The notes beneath the pieces are model-generated. The model was given only the letters and a program-made list of their open reading frames with translations. It searched no databases and was not told the origin of the DNA. Below are positions 12,001 to 24,000 of a stretch of 64,000 bases of DNA, piece after piece. This stretch comes from Yuukianura sp. NJ FZ-2021 (taxonomy: Eukaryota). Location of the stretch: positions 5,332,001-5,396,000 of the forward strand of contig CM102286.1 of NCBI GenBank assembly GCA_046563655.1. The letters run 5' to 3'. The number at the start of each line of letters is the position of its first letter. Position 1 is the first letter of the stretch. The translations under genes were made by a program, and so were the position numbers.

Positions 12001-15000
12001 ACAGCAGTGACAAAAGAAAAGCAGGGTTGAACCGTCGTAGAGCTCTTTTTAGCTTCGAGGCGTCGTTTTCTCTTGGAAGGTTTCTTGAACAAAACCATTA
12101 TTTTTTAAAACCACTTTTTCTTTCCGGTTCTTCATTTTCTTCAAGACCAAAAACGAATTTCAACGCTCGCCCACACCTTAAACATCTCACGCAATTATAT
12201 TTTGGTGTTGAAAGTAAAAAAAAAAACGTCAGGAAACAGCCTCCAGGTCTTACTATCAAAAACTCAGAAAAAGTAAAGCTCTTGAAATTGAAACAAAAAC
12301 TTTTATATAAAAGCAACTTATTTCCCGAAATGCGATCTCTGTTACTACAACACGTCTTATCAAAACCAATCTCAAAAATGGTGTCGTTAATAAACGTAAT
12401 GGTACATCCTCCCTAGGGTTAATGGGACGCTTAGAACTTAAACTACTTAATGTAAGCCTATATTTTTCCGAACCCAAAATTTCTTTTACCGTTTAAACTC
12501 TAAACAGTCTTTACCGTGTCGTTGTTCAATTTAGAAAACGTCTTACAGGACTCGTTCGTTGCATGTCTTTCGATCTTGTTCCACCTTTAGTGGACGATAT
12601 AGGATTAATGTTTACAGAATTGAATGCTACGGACTTGAATTCCGATTTATCTTCCGCTCAAATCGCTGTACAAAACCTAACAAACGTTAAACCTTAAGAG
12701 AAAGGTTAATATAACATTTGAACCTGTTAGGAAATGATTCAAAGGTTACGTGCTGCGTGCAACTCTAGAAATTTTTTCTTTATTTTGTGAGATTTAACTC
12801 CCCATGCAACATCAAACGCGCATTTCAAAAGTTTAAGTTGTTCCGCCGACAAGTTTCGCAATGTGACATTTTGGGCATTTCTGATTTCTAGGTATTGCAC
12901 GCACGCCTTTTCAGGTCATGTAACAATGTAACATACCTGCTGGATACTTGCAGTTGTACCTTTCAGAACAATGTTGAAACATTTTCATTAAAAACTGCAA
13001 TTTGGGAAAGACGAGCCTCGAAAACATTATGTTAACGAAAATCCACTCCAATTACGAAAGAACCAGTAAAGTATATAGCACTTTCAGAGTCTCTTGAATC
13101 TTTTATTTATCTTGGAAATCTTAAGTGAGAAATAGTTTGAAGATGAGGAATTATTATTATTAAGTACACGACTCATCTTTTATTCTTCTTTGCCCTCAAG
13201 CTGCACAATGCACTTAAACAAAAGAATTGGAAATGACTTCATTTAACAAACGAAAAACAAACAGACAGATAATTTACACCAAGAGAGTGAGAAAGAACAA
13301 TAACTAAAATTCATAAATTATTCAATACTTTGAAATTCAAACACAGACGATAAAAGTGCATTTCAAATAATAACCATTGGTTCGAATTCTCAAACTCTTG
13401 GAAATGAAATTTTCAAAGTGGAAAAATTATTACCACTTTTGTCTATTTTAATGTGACAAATGAAATGGATAAAACTTTTTCCACTGAAAATTTTAATACT
13501 TTTTCTTTTTTCCTCTTTGTAACGATTTGCTTTTTTAGTTCTACTAAAACTCCCAAGTGTAATTCATCTTTTATATTTGAGTTTTGAAAGTCCAAAATGA
13601 AAATTTTGAAATGAATTCAAAGTAATTTGGTTTATGAGATGCGTTGTACCTGGGCTCCTGCAGAGCCTCTTTCCTCCAGCAATCTTCTTCGTCCGACTGT
13701 TTTTCCAGAAGATTTAGAAATATTTCCCTATCTAATCTTCCCTTCTGCTCCAAGAATCAGACAAAGATTTTCATCCCCTTTATTCCTTTTCTCATTACAA
13801 ACTTTTACTTTTCTCCCTGCGGAATCTGAGCTCTAGTCGGCAGGAGCTTACTTCAGCAGTTGCCTTCTCAAATTTTGAAAAGAAATCTGCACTGGGGACA
13901 GCCGAGGAACTAAAACTTTGCCCAACTCCACTCGTTATCACTTTCTTCCTTTCTTTTAATTTCAGTCCTTCTCCAAGGGCTCAAAACGAAAACTTTATTG
14001 CCAAAACCCACACAACTGAAATTCAGATTCACATTTTTAGAACAAAAACGTTCGCACTTTAGATGATGAGCCTAATTTTCATTTTGAACAAGTTTAGAGA
14101 CAGCTTAAAGTAAAAGACATTCCCAACTAGTTTTATATCCGAATGCAACATGCAAACTTTTCTTCTACAAATTAACCAAATCCTACTTTTCAATTTTCAC
14201 ACAAAAATAGTTACACAATGTCAAAAAATTCCCTTATTGAAAACTGTGGCTTTTTTGTTCTTCAGAAAACTTTCTCCTCAAGAAATTTTAATTTAAGTTT
14301 GTGATTTTAAATTTTTCAGCGCTATTTCTTCGTTATAATCTAAACATAGTTAGAAAACTAAACGTTCGTCTTAACAATACGTCGATTATGGCATATTTTT
14401 CTGAAAATAATTTTTTTTTCTTTTTTTTTTCTGCTAATTTTCAGTTCCACCTCAGAAAGTTGTGATTGTCGACGAGCGTGGAGTGGACTTGAACTCTCAC
14501 AACATTGGACCATACAATGAGGGGTCATCACTCCGTTTGACCTGCGTCTCTACTGGAGGTAAACTTTTCAATTGAAATTCAGAACAATTCTTTAAAACCA
14601 AACTGGAATTCAAAATCAGGTCAGGGTTCATCTCACTTCTATGTCTACGGCCTCCTTTATCCATCTCGACTGTAATAAATGAATCATTTGGATGGATCTG
14701 CTCGTTACATGTCAGTGCTCCGTCATCAATTTCCCGTTCGAAGGCTCCCTCCCATTTGTCATATTCATCAAAGTGGGTTGCGCGTAAAAAGAAGTTTTTC
14801 CACGATTCAGCAGGAACCAAAGTGAAAAGAATAAAATGAAACGAATGGTGCCAAAGGAACATGGGAGGTGTGGGCGCCGTGGCAGAAAAATAACACAAAA
14901 AACGCTCAAACTTTCACTGTCGAGACAGGCATTTGTTTAGAACGCTCCTCTCCCGCCATAAGGAACATTGACTTCCGCTCTCCCTTCAATTCATCTCTCC

Positions 15001-18000
15001 CCTCAAACTTCCTTTTTCATTATTTCCCTCTGATTCTGCAATTTCAATCCTTTCTGCCATCCATTTTAGGCCATGACACAGAGTCATAGAACCAGAACAT
15101 AACTTTTTCGGGAGAAAACATGTTAGTTTCTAGTTGCTAGAAAGTAGGACACATATGGAAAGTCGAAATTCTAGTTTAGACTTTTTCTCTGAACTTTCAA
15201 CTCTGAACTATTATTTTGTTGCTCCCGTACAACAAAAGTTTTAATTTGCAACACGGCTCAAGCCTTTGAAGACTTCAGTTCACACAGTCAAAAGTTTTGA
15301 AGTTGCCGCCTTTTTTAGAAATTTTTTTCAATATTGTACCTTAGTATTCAACAAAGGAGAAACCGTAGTGGGAGGCATAGAGCATTCGAGGAAAGTTGCA
15401 AATCTGTTTCAATTTGAAGCCGCTTTCATCTCGTTTTCACTTTCACCATGCTTTCTCCTCCGGCTTCGGATTGTGGATAATTCATAATTTCAGGAGCCAG
15501 ATAATTTATTCCGCGTGAATTGAATTTCTGTGAGCTCCGAGTTCTCTCTCGTGGCCTAAATAAGGTTCATTTCAAATTTAATTTGGACTAGAGTCAATTC
15601 ATGCTCAGTCCAAAATGCATATGTTAACTATAGCAAATCCTTTAGAAAATGCTAACATGTCAAAAATTAACACGCTTCGAATCCCAGTTTCAAAATTTTG
15701 GCAGCATTTCATCATGTGTCGAAAACCAAACAACGGACGAAAATTAAATGAGTCTCTGATGTGCATATGCAACATAACTCGTTGAAGCAATTCCGGCGCA
15801 TTTTTGATTACTAACCACCCTGTAGACGTTTGCGTTTAATTTAAAACTATGATTTATTCTTTAGTCCATAAAGAGATCCCCACCGTTTATACTGATTTTA
15901 CTTTTGAGTTGATGAGGTTCTAAAGACAAGTGAGCCTGCGGTGGATATTAAAAGTGCTTTTTGGTTTACGATTTTGAAGTTCCCTCCTGACCAAAAAGGG
16001 GATGTGCACCCTTACCTAAAGTCTTTTAATTAAAATTGATTATTGCTTTCTCTTGTTTTTAATACAGGTTGGCCCGTGCCCAAAGTCAGTTGGTGGCGAG
16101 AAAATGCACTTTTGGATGATTCATGTGAAGTGTCATCCGAACACGTCTCTGCGACTGTCGTCAGCAACACGCTTACGCTGGAAAAACTACAGCGAAGTGA
16201 CTTACATGCGCGATTGACTTGTCAAGCGTCGAACTCCAACATCAGCATTCCGCTCTCCACTACCGTTTCACTTGAAATGAGCTGTGAGTAACCGAGTTTG
16301 GACTTTTTTGGGACTTTCTCTTTTTAGTTTATGTTGGAAATTTTCAGAAGGGAGCGCTTAATTTCCTCATGTCAGCTTGCGAAGTGTAGCCAAAAACTAT
16401 TCCCCTGAGACCAGATCTGGGCTGTACTGTAGTGTAGCAAACGGAAATAAGTGGGTCGATCGCTTCTGCCTGCTCCCTGTAAAGCTAAACCATTGTTTCA
16501 GGAAAGCGTTCTCCTAAGGCCCATTGCGTGAGGCGAATAGGATCCTCTATGATACATAGAGGACGAGGTGTTCTACAATTTGTGGAAAACGTGGAAGTCG
16601 ACTATCGTCGTCCAAAACTGAACGGCCTGGAGCCTCAAGTTAATTCAATTTATTCATGGTGGAAAACCGTAGTAGAAACTAAGTTTATGAGGCTGGGCGA
16701 GGAGGCGTAATAACAATAACTCTTTGAATATTAGGCTGCGATATCTCTGGACAAACGGCCTTCATCCAAAAACCTTCCCCCTCCTTCCGAAAATGGACAC
16801 TCGAATTTAGATGGAGATGTTTTCACTAAAGCGCTATAATGCCCAAATGCTCTCGTGCCAATTTTCTATAAAATGGACGCTGAAGCGTTTTGCTCATGCC
16901 AACACGATTTCCCTTCGTTCAGCTTCTGGTTTCTCCCGTACAAGCAACATGGTCAAACAGAGAGAAAGTTTCTGTTTTTGTTTTCCGAGGCAAAATTATT
17001 TTATCACAGAATCGTTGGGAGGGTGCTCACTTTTCAATTGGTTTTGAATGTTTTTAAAACAAATATTACTAAATTCTGGCTTTCACTCAAGAGCGTTTGC
17101 TCACGCTCTCGAACGTAATCAAGATTAAAAGTTAAACAAACTTTTATAAAACCCAAACCAAAATTTAGAAACTCGTTAATAAAAAAGGCGAAAGACTAAT
17201 ACCCGTAAGCATGGCTTCATTATGGAGTATGCTATTGATGCAGTGGCGGAATCTTATCGGATTCTTAGAATCTCATTAGAAATGTAATAGCATCCACAAA
17301 AAATTTGAAAAAGAAAAGGAGATCCGTTTTCAAAATTTTAGTTCATTTTTGATATACTCTGATTGATAAGGTAAAAGTTAGGATTTACTCTTCTGTTGTC
17401 TGTTGTTTTCACCATTAAATCTTTAGGCAGTGGGTAGTGAAAGACTGTTACCACTCCGGCAAAGAACTTTATCCGATTATTTTACAACTTGAAAAGTATT
17501 ATGAAAGTTATGAAATTTGAACCTTGACCTCTGGAAAACCCGTTTGAGCAGTAGAAACATAACTCCAAAGTTTTTAAGATCCTGTTAAATTAATGGCTCA
17601 GACTCAACGTCCATTATGGTCTGGCTGGAAGGAAGAAAGTATCTTCAAAATTGGCGTTCCTTCTAAGTAGGAAGTTTGGGTTCCGTTGGAAGACATGTGT
17701 TACGGAAATCCACTCCCATACATTATACATTGTTTTCTCTCGCCCCCGAAACGCCATGCCAGGCAACATCTGCACAAATGCCCGGGAAATGCCTTCCCAC
17801 CACTTTCTGCGTTCACTTTTCAGCAGAAACACAGTTGGGCAGAATGGAATCTCAGTCTGAACTCTCCTTTGGCCACTGAAAAAGAGGCTTTCAAAAGCAT
17901 TCTGGACAGTTGAGAGCCTTCTGTGCCCCTCTTCAGAAGGATGAAGAAGGACTTAGGACTTTGGGTGGTTTGCTACATGATGGAGCTGAAGCTGGACTTT

Positions 18001-21000
18001 CTCTGTCTGTTCCAGTCCTATGCCATTTGCTGCTTCTCTGAATTCTATCGATCAGCGTTTTATGAGCTCAGAATTTGTCTGTTCATCTTTGATACATGAT
18101 TCCCGCACTTCTCTAAACTAACCTACGTGTCTTTTATTTCTCTGTTATTTTCCCAGCGGAAGAGGAATATCCACTTGTCTCTTTGAATTATGTCCGCACT
18201 ATTGGCGGGAACTATCACTTCAAAAGGTATCTCCCAAAAAATAAGCTTCACTTGTCGACACACACGCAGAGAATGCTGGCACGTCCAGTGCTAGCTTTCT
18301 CGTCTGTCATCAAAACAGCAGTGCTAGCTAAATCCGCATGTCGTGCTTCCTTTGATGTACCGAAAGCTAATTCACTCTGATATATAGACTTCAATAGACT
18401 TTTCTCCTAGGTGGATTTGTGATTTGCAATGCAAATAAAACCACCGAATGCTAACGTGGTGATAATCTTTTGTTCTCTCTCCATCCATCATTTTCTGCCA
18501 AAAAGTTTCTATCAAATCTAGTCTTTTTCATTTTAAAAAGTTTTTCAAAAATGAGGCAAAGCGGAAAAAAGACTATAGGCGGGAGATGAAATTCAAAATA
18601 GAACCCAATAGAAGTTAATATACAAGAAAGCCTGGTGAAGCATTATGAAAATTTCTTTTCAAAAACATCCAGAACAAAAAAAAGCAGGAAGAAAGCATGT
18701 ATAATTTTGTTGGAGCCGCCGGAACTTTCCTTTTCTTTTGCTGAATTCGGAAGGAAGAAAACTGTCATAACGAGAAAAGCGGCTTTCTGTTTGTCTCTCT
18801 GAAGAAGACGAAAAAAGCATTGTCTCTAAGCCCGTATTCTTTTGTCACGATGAAGGGCTTCAGTATAGTGTTGTGCACTTTCACTAGAAACAGTTCCAAT
18901 TCAATTCAAAGTTTGTCGCTTTCAAAGTGAATATGCTTTATAGAGAAAGAAAGAACTGTATAAAAATAACAATAAAGACATTGTACACAAGAATAAGTGG
19001 ATTTCATTGAAAACACTTTTGAAAATTGTCAGGGCCTGAATCGGCCCACGAGCCCGTCCTATTTACCACCCAAAATCGAGCAATGAGAATAAGTTGAAAT
19101 GGGCTTAATAACATGTGAGAGTGTGAAAAGAAACATAAAGGGAGCCCTTGAAGGCTCTCCAAGGAGCCTAGAAACAAGGGGACTTAAGGTACTCTCCCTG
19201 TTAGTAGTCTGTGAAAACTAGGAGACCTAATATATTATGAGCCATATATTAAATATATTGCTTCTACAAAATCAAAAGAGTCCGGCTAGTAAGCGTAGCC
19301 TTTTTTCTAAAAAGTTTTAATAGGCTTCTCTCTGCAGTAGATACATTTTGTGAAGAAAAGAAAGTAGAAAGGAAAGACTAGAGAGAGATTTTGATGCCAG
19401 AAATGGCGTAAATGCTTGTGATGAGCTAACGCTGGGCTTTGAGTTTCATAAATCCTTAACGGGAGCCATAAATCATATACAATGGTTTAGTTGTTTCTGT
19501 GCGGCGGAACGATTTAATGCACTATGGCGGCCGAGGCTTCGGAAGGAGTTAAAATCTAATGCAAAGAAAGTGGGCGGGAAAAGTAATTCCTCTTGTTGGA
19601 AGAAAGGAGAAAGGCAGGCAAACCTATATTAATCTTCCATATGTCCAGAATTCCCTTTGGGAAGGCACAAGAGAAAGTTAGACACTTTCTCTCTATATCA
19701 ACTGGGGAATCAGAATCAGCTCAACTTAGGTTCAAAGTTAAGAATGGAGAAATGTAGGTCAGGCGAAATTGAACCTCTTTTTAAAAAACGAGCTGTTTTA
19801 AAAATGGAATTTTTAAACAATTCAAAAGAAAATTTAATGAAAAGTGTAGAAAGGTTGAATTTATACACTAGCTTAGGGTTGATGAAGCTTTTGTTTGTGC
19901 AAATTTTGTTAACATTGAGTGACATTTGGAATTTCAGTTCGACCACTGGAAGTTAAGATTCTGGAGGGGAGACAAGCATTGTCGGCAGATGTACTCCAGA
20001 CACTCAAATGTCAATCGACTGGTGCTCGTCCAGCGGCTGTGATATCCTGGTGGCGTGGAACTTCTCGAATAAAAAGTCATAAGGAAATTGTAAGTTCCCT
20101 GTTCAGACTTTGTCATACTTTGGTTATGTTAGAAAAGCTGAAATCGATCCAATGGATAAACTTTCTACCAAAAGTAAATTGACAGGAAGTGGAAACTTTA
20201 GTTTCAGAATCACTTTGTGATTCATCCTCCTTGGCTACCAAACTCCTTTAGTCGTATAATAAATGTTCAAATTTATTTTTGTTCTTCAGACGAGCAGCGA
20301 TGGGAACTTGACAACGAGCACACTCTCATTTGTACCATCTCTGGAAGATGCTGATAAATACTTGTCGTGCCGTAGCGAAAATCCACTTATTCCTGGAAGT
20401 GCAATGGAAGATGGATGGAGAATGGAAATTCACTGTAAGAAGAATTTTTTTGCAACTTCAATTTTTGTCCACAGGGAAAACGTCTCCATTTTCTCTCTAA
20501 ATTTTGCAAATCCTCGAAAGTCAACAATATTTTCTGCTGAAATGCGATTTTCTTTTTGCTAGCTTGGTATCTGACAAGAAATGGTAACGAGAACAATTCG
20601 TTTTGTCGTAGGAAAAGACAAAGTGGGTTAATCCATCAATACGCGATGTCAAAGTATAAAGACGTGACGGTCACTAGGGCAAACATGTTCCACATGACCT
20701 GAGCAATATTCTGCTATGATGCTTCAAAATTGAAACCAGTTTTCTAAGCTTGCTTAAAATATTTGGCACAAGTTTTTAAAAAATTGAATCTACGGGCTCC
20801 ATTTCTGCAGCGTCGTTTCTGCTGCAGTTGAGAAAGCTCTCAACTCCGTTATTCCGATTGGATTGATTTTGAAGTGGGATCCAAATTGCTTGGCAGTATA
20901 ATTTTAACGGTTACAAAACTTTTTACTTTGGTAGATTAAATTGAGTTAAAGTCCAAATTTGAATAAGAATAGTAAAACTACCCGAGTGCGGATAGTTTCA

Positions 21001-24000
21001 GTCTACTATACTTGAAACCTAGGAAAAGTGACGTTAGTTTTATTGAGAAAGATATACATAATGGAGCAGAGTTCTGCTGGTTGTTCGGGTGCCAGTTTGA
21101 TTTGGAAGATGTGGTTTTGGTCTGGAGAAAGTGAATTCGATAGACACTATGACCGTAGTTTCCAGCGACATTCCAAGAAATTCCAGGAACATGAAGATAT
21201 GTTACATTTGACTGGCACTGCTGCAGTACATCCGTCTGTCGCAGCGTTGTTCTTACCAATACACTTCCATCCCTTCCATTTATTTTTACAATTGGTTAAA
21301 TTTTTGAAGAGGAAGAAATGAAATCGCTTGAACAAAATCTGTAACTTCCAAGTCCAAGTTCTTGTGGATATTGGAGAGAAAGCTACTCGGCAGTGAATGG
21401 TCGTCTTATCGTACACTATGTTCACATATACATATAGACATAGAAGTAATGCCCGCCAAAACCCAAAAACCAAAAGCTCTTGTCTTTACCCCACGCCGTG
21501 GTTACTTGCAGTTTCTCTTGTCAAGACGAGAAGAAATTGGCAGAGATAGACGTTGTTAGGTTTCTGGAAATTCCACGAGTATTCGCCTGTTGTAGTTCCA
21601 CCACTCCAAATTTCTGTTGAACAGTGAAAGGAAAAATTTAATCTTGCGTTTTCTCCAAGTTCCGATGGGTTGAATGGAGTGGAAAAGCAAGTTACGACTC
21701 GTGCCTTGATTTTTATGGATGCAACAACAACGGAAACAGAAGCTTAGGACTATAGAGCCAAAGGGAAAGCCTTTTGTTTCATTTTATACGCTTGTTAAGT
21801 CATCAGCAAAGGAGCATACTTGAGGCAGTGTGCCTTGGATACAAAATGTGCTTTCGAAAAAGTCTAATTTACTTCCAATGCATTTTCAAAGTATTTCCAG
21901 AAAAGAGCAAAATAAAAAAAGAGCACAGTTCCGTTTTCGTTTTTTTTAGTTCAAACAATTCCCCTCGAGTTCTTCCGCTTGAACGACCAAACAAAAAAAG
22001 AGTTCAGCCTTTTATTTTTTTGATCAACTTCAAATAATTAGTAACAAAATAAATGCGAGTTCTTCTGAAGCAATTTCCAAGTATTGCTCCTCAGTAGTAG
22101 TAAGCTGTTTAGATGGAAATTGCCTACACTTTCTCCCTTCTGGGTCTTTTGTTCCCCGGAAATGGTTGTTACTGAGGCAGGGAAGTTGTCGTTTCGTCGG
22201 CCTAAAAGTGTACAACAGGGACTTAAAATTGTGTCAAGTACCAACAATTTTTATAGCATTTGGCAACAACTGAAAAAAAAGTTTTCCAAAAAATTTGAAT
22301 TTACCCGCTCCACTTCATTCAAATGGTCGTTTCTGAGCTCATTCAAATGGTCATCACTAACTGGCAAGGCGGGAGTCGTATCCGTAGTATCATCACTGAA
22401 AATAACTGCGGCAGCACCGTCAGTTGTGGTAGGAACAGAGTACTCTTCAACTACTTCTTTGACCATAGAATCCATGGGTTTGGCCATGGCGTCACTTGGT
22501 TTGGCCATATCATCAATAGGTTTGGCCATAGCACATCCCAAAGCGATCGCAACGAGAAAGTATCGACTGTAAAAAGTAAGTTTGGATTAAAAACAACCAT
22601 TTTGGGGAACTTTTATTTCTGAAACTTAATTTTAGTCGTTAGATTTTAACTTACATGACCCCCATTTTTATAATCGGTGCGAGGTTGTTTCGAAAAGACT
22701 TGGTTTCACTTAAAATGAAGACGAAGTTGAAGGATTGGCTTGAGAATGTGAAGTGTGACCATGGGAAGTGACTGGGCGTGATTTATATAGTTGCGTGATT
22801 TGAAGAATTTCGCAGGGTCATTGGTACTTGGGTTGCTTACTAAAACCTAACATGATAATGACATGGTTCCCGGCGCCAAGAGTCACAATGTCCATTTTAA
22901 TGAACCGCTTCATTTTCAATTGAGGAGGGGTAGAATAAGCATAAGAAGATGAGCTGAACATGGAAGTTGATGTTAGCCTAACGTTATTACCCTTGTTTGG
23001 CCCCTCTCTGCATAACGTTCAAGTCCGTAACTTTTCTTCCGTGTATACCTAATCAATTCACGTCCCGCCGTTACAGTAAGGATCGTAAAAGACGATAATA
23101 AAAATTTGCAAACTCCAAAACAATGCTATGTTTGACAGTTGATGTCGAACGACAACAGATGAGGAAGAATCTTACAGTTGACTCCTCGTGTAAATACATG
23201 ATCATAAAGTGGGTAGGGTCTTGAAGAATGCTGATCTAAGTCGCAGAATCAGATTTGGCAAGGTCGTCCTGTACATCAGTAGTACTCGGACATCATCGCG
23301 TACTCCGCTCCTGTGGTCGTAGTCAATTGACATAACTGCAGAATGCACCTTGCTGCAATAAATTAGCAACTTTACTTTGGTCGTAATGCTAAAATCGACT
23401 TGTAAAGGAGTTAGTGACCCCAGCTTGTAAAACCCGTTTTGGAAACAACAGGCGACGGAATCCAATCTGTTCCTAACTAAATCAGCACACATTCCAACAC
23501 CTCAAAAAATTTTGTTCTTTCCTCTGCCAGAATAACAGATTTTATATGGCGGCATTTTTGCTGTTGTTTGACAAAACATGGTACCTGGATCTCGATGCTG
23601 TTAAACAACTTTATTTGTTCACATTTTTGAAAAAAAAGAGAAAATTTTGAAGGAATTCGACTAACGGAAAAAATTGATTCAAAAACTTGTTTTTGAAACA
23701 AAACAAAATTTTGCAAAGTTTTAGATACAATTTTTCTCGTATACAACGTAGGAAGGTACACCTGAAAATTTTAGAGTCAAAATCCTTTAATAACCAAGGA
23801 AAATCAAAATGTAATAACTATAATACTTGGAGAAAAGTAAATAAATCTTCTGCTCGGTTTGGAACATTCGTGTGGTTTCCAAACCCTGGAGCATCCCCAA
23901 CAGAATCACATTTCTCCATATATTTTAGTCCGGAAGCTTCGTAGCGTAAAATTGATTTGAGTGAATAAACTACTTTCTCCTTTTACATTTCCACTGAAAG

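Noticed and set aside
20978..21473. Overlapping 93-108 aa ORFs, one Cys/Trp-rich
   Set aside because: No ATG-plus-signal structure with splice or poly(A) support and no recognisable motif.
22270..22304. Proximal acceptor giving a 35-nt intron in the nested gene
   Set aside because: Much shorter than any other intron here (70 nt or more); the acceptor at 22202 is preferred.
22084..22622. Plus-strand ORFs of 162 and 99 aa
   Set aside because: Antisense shadows of the nested minus-strand repeat gene.
23202..23761. Two minus-strand ORFs upstream of the nested gene
   Set aside because: No recognisable domain and no consistent splice model.
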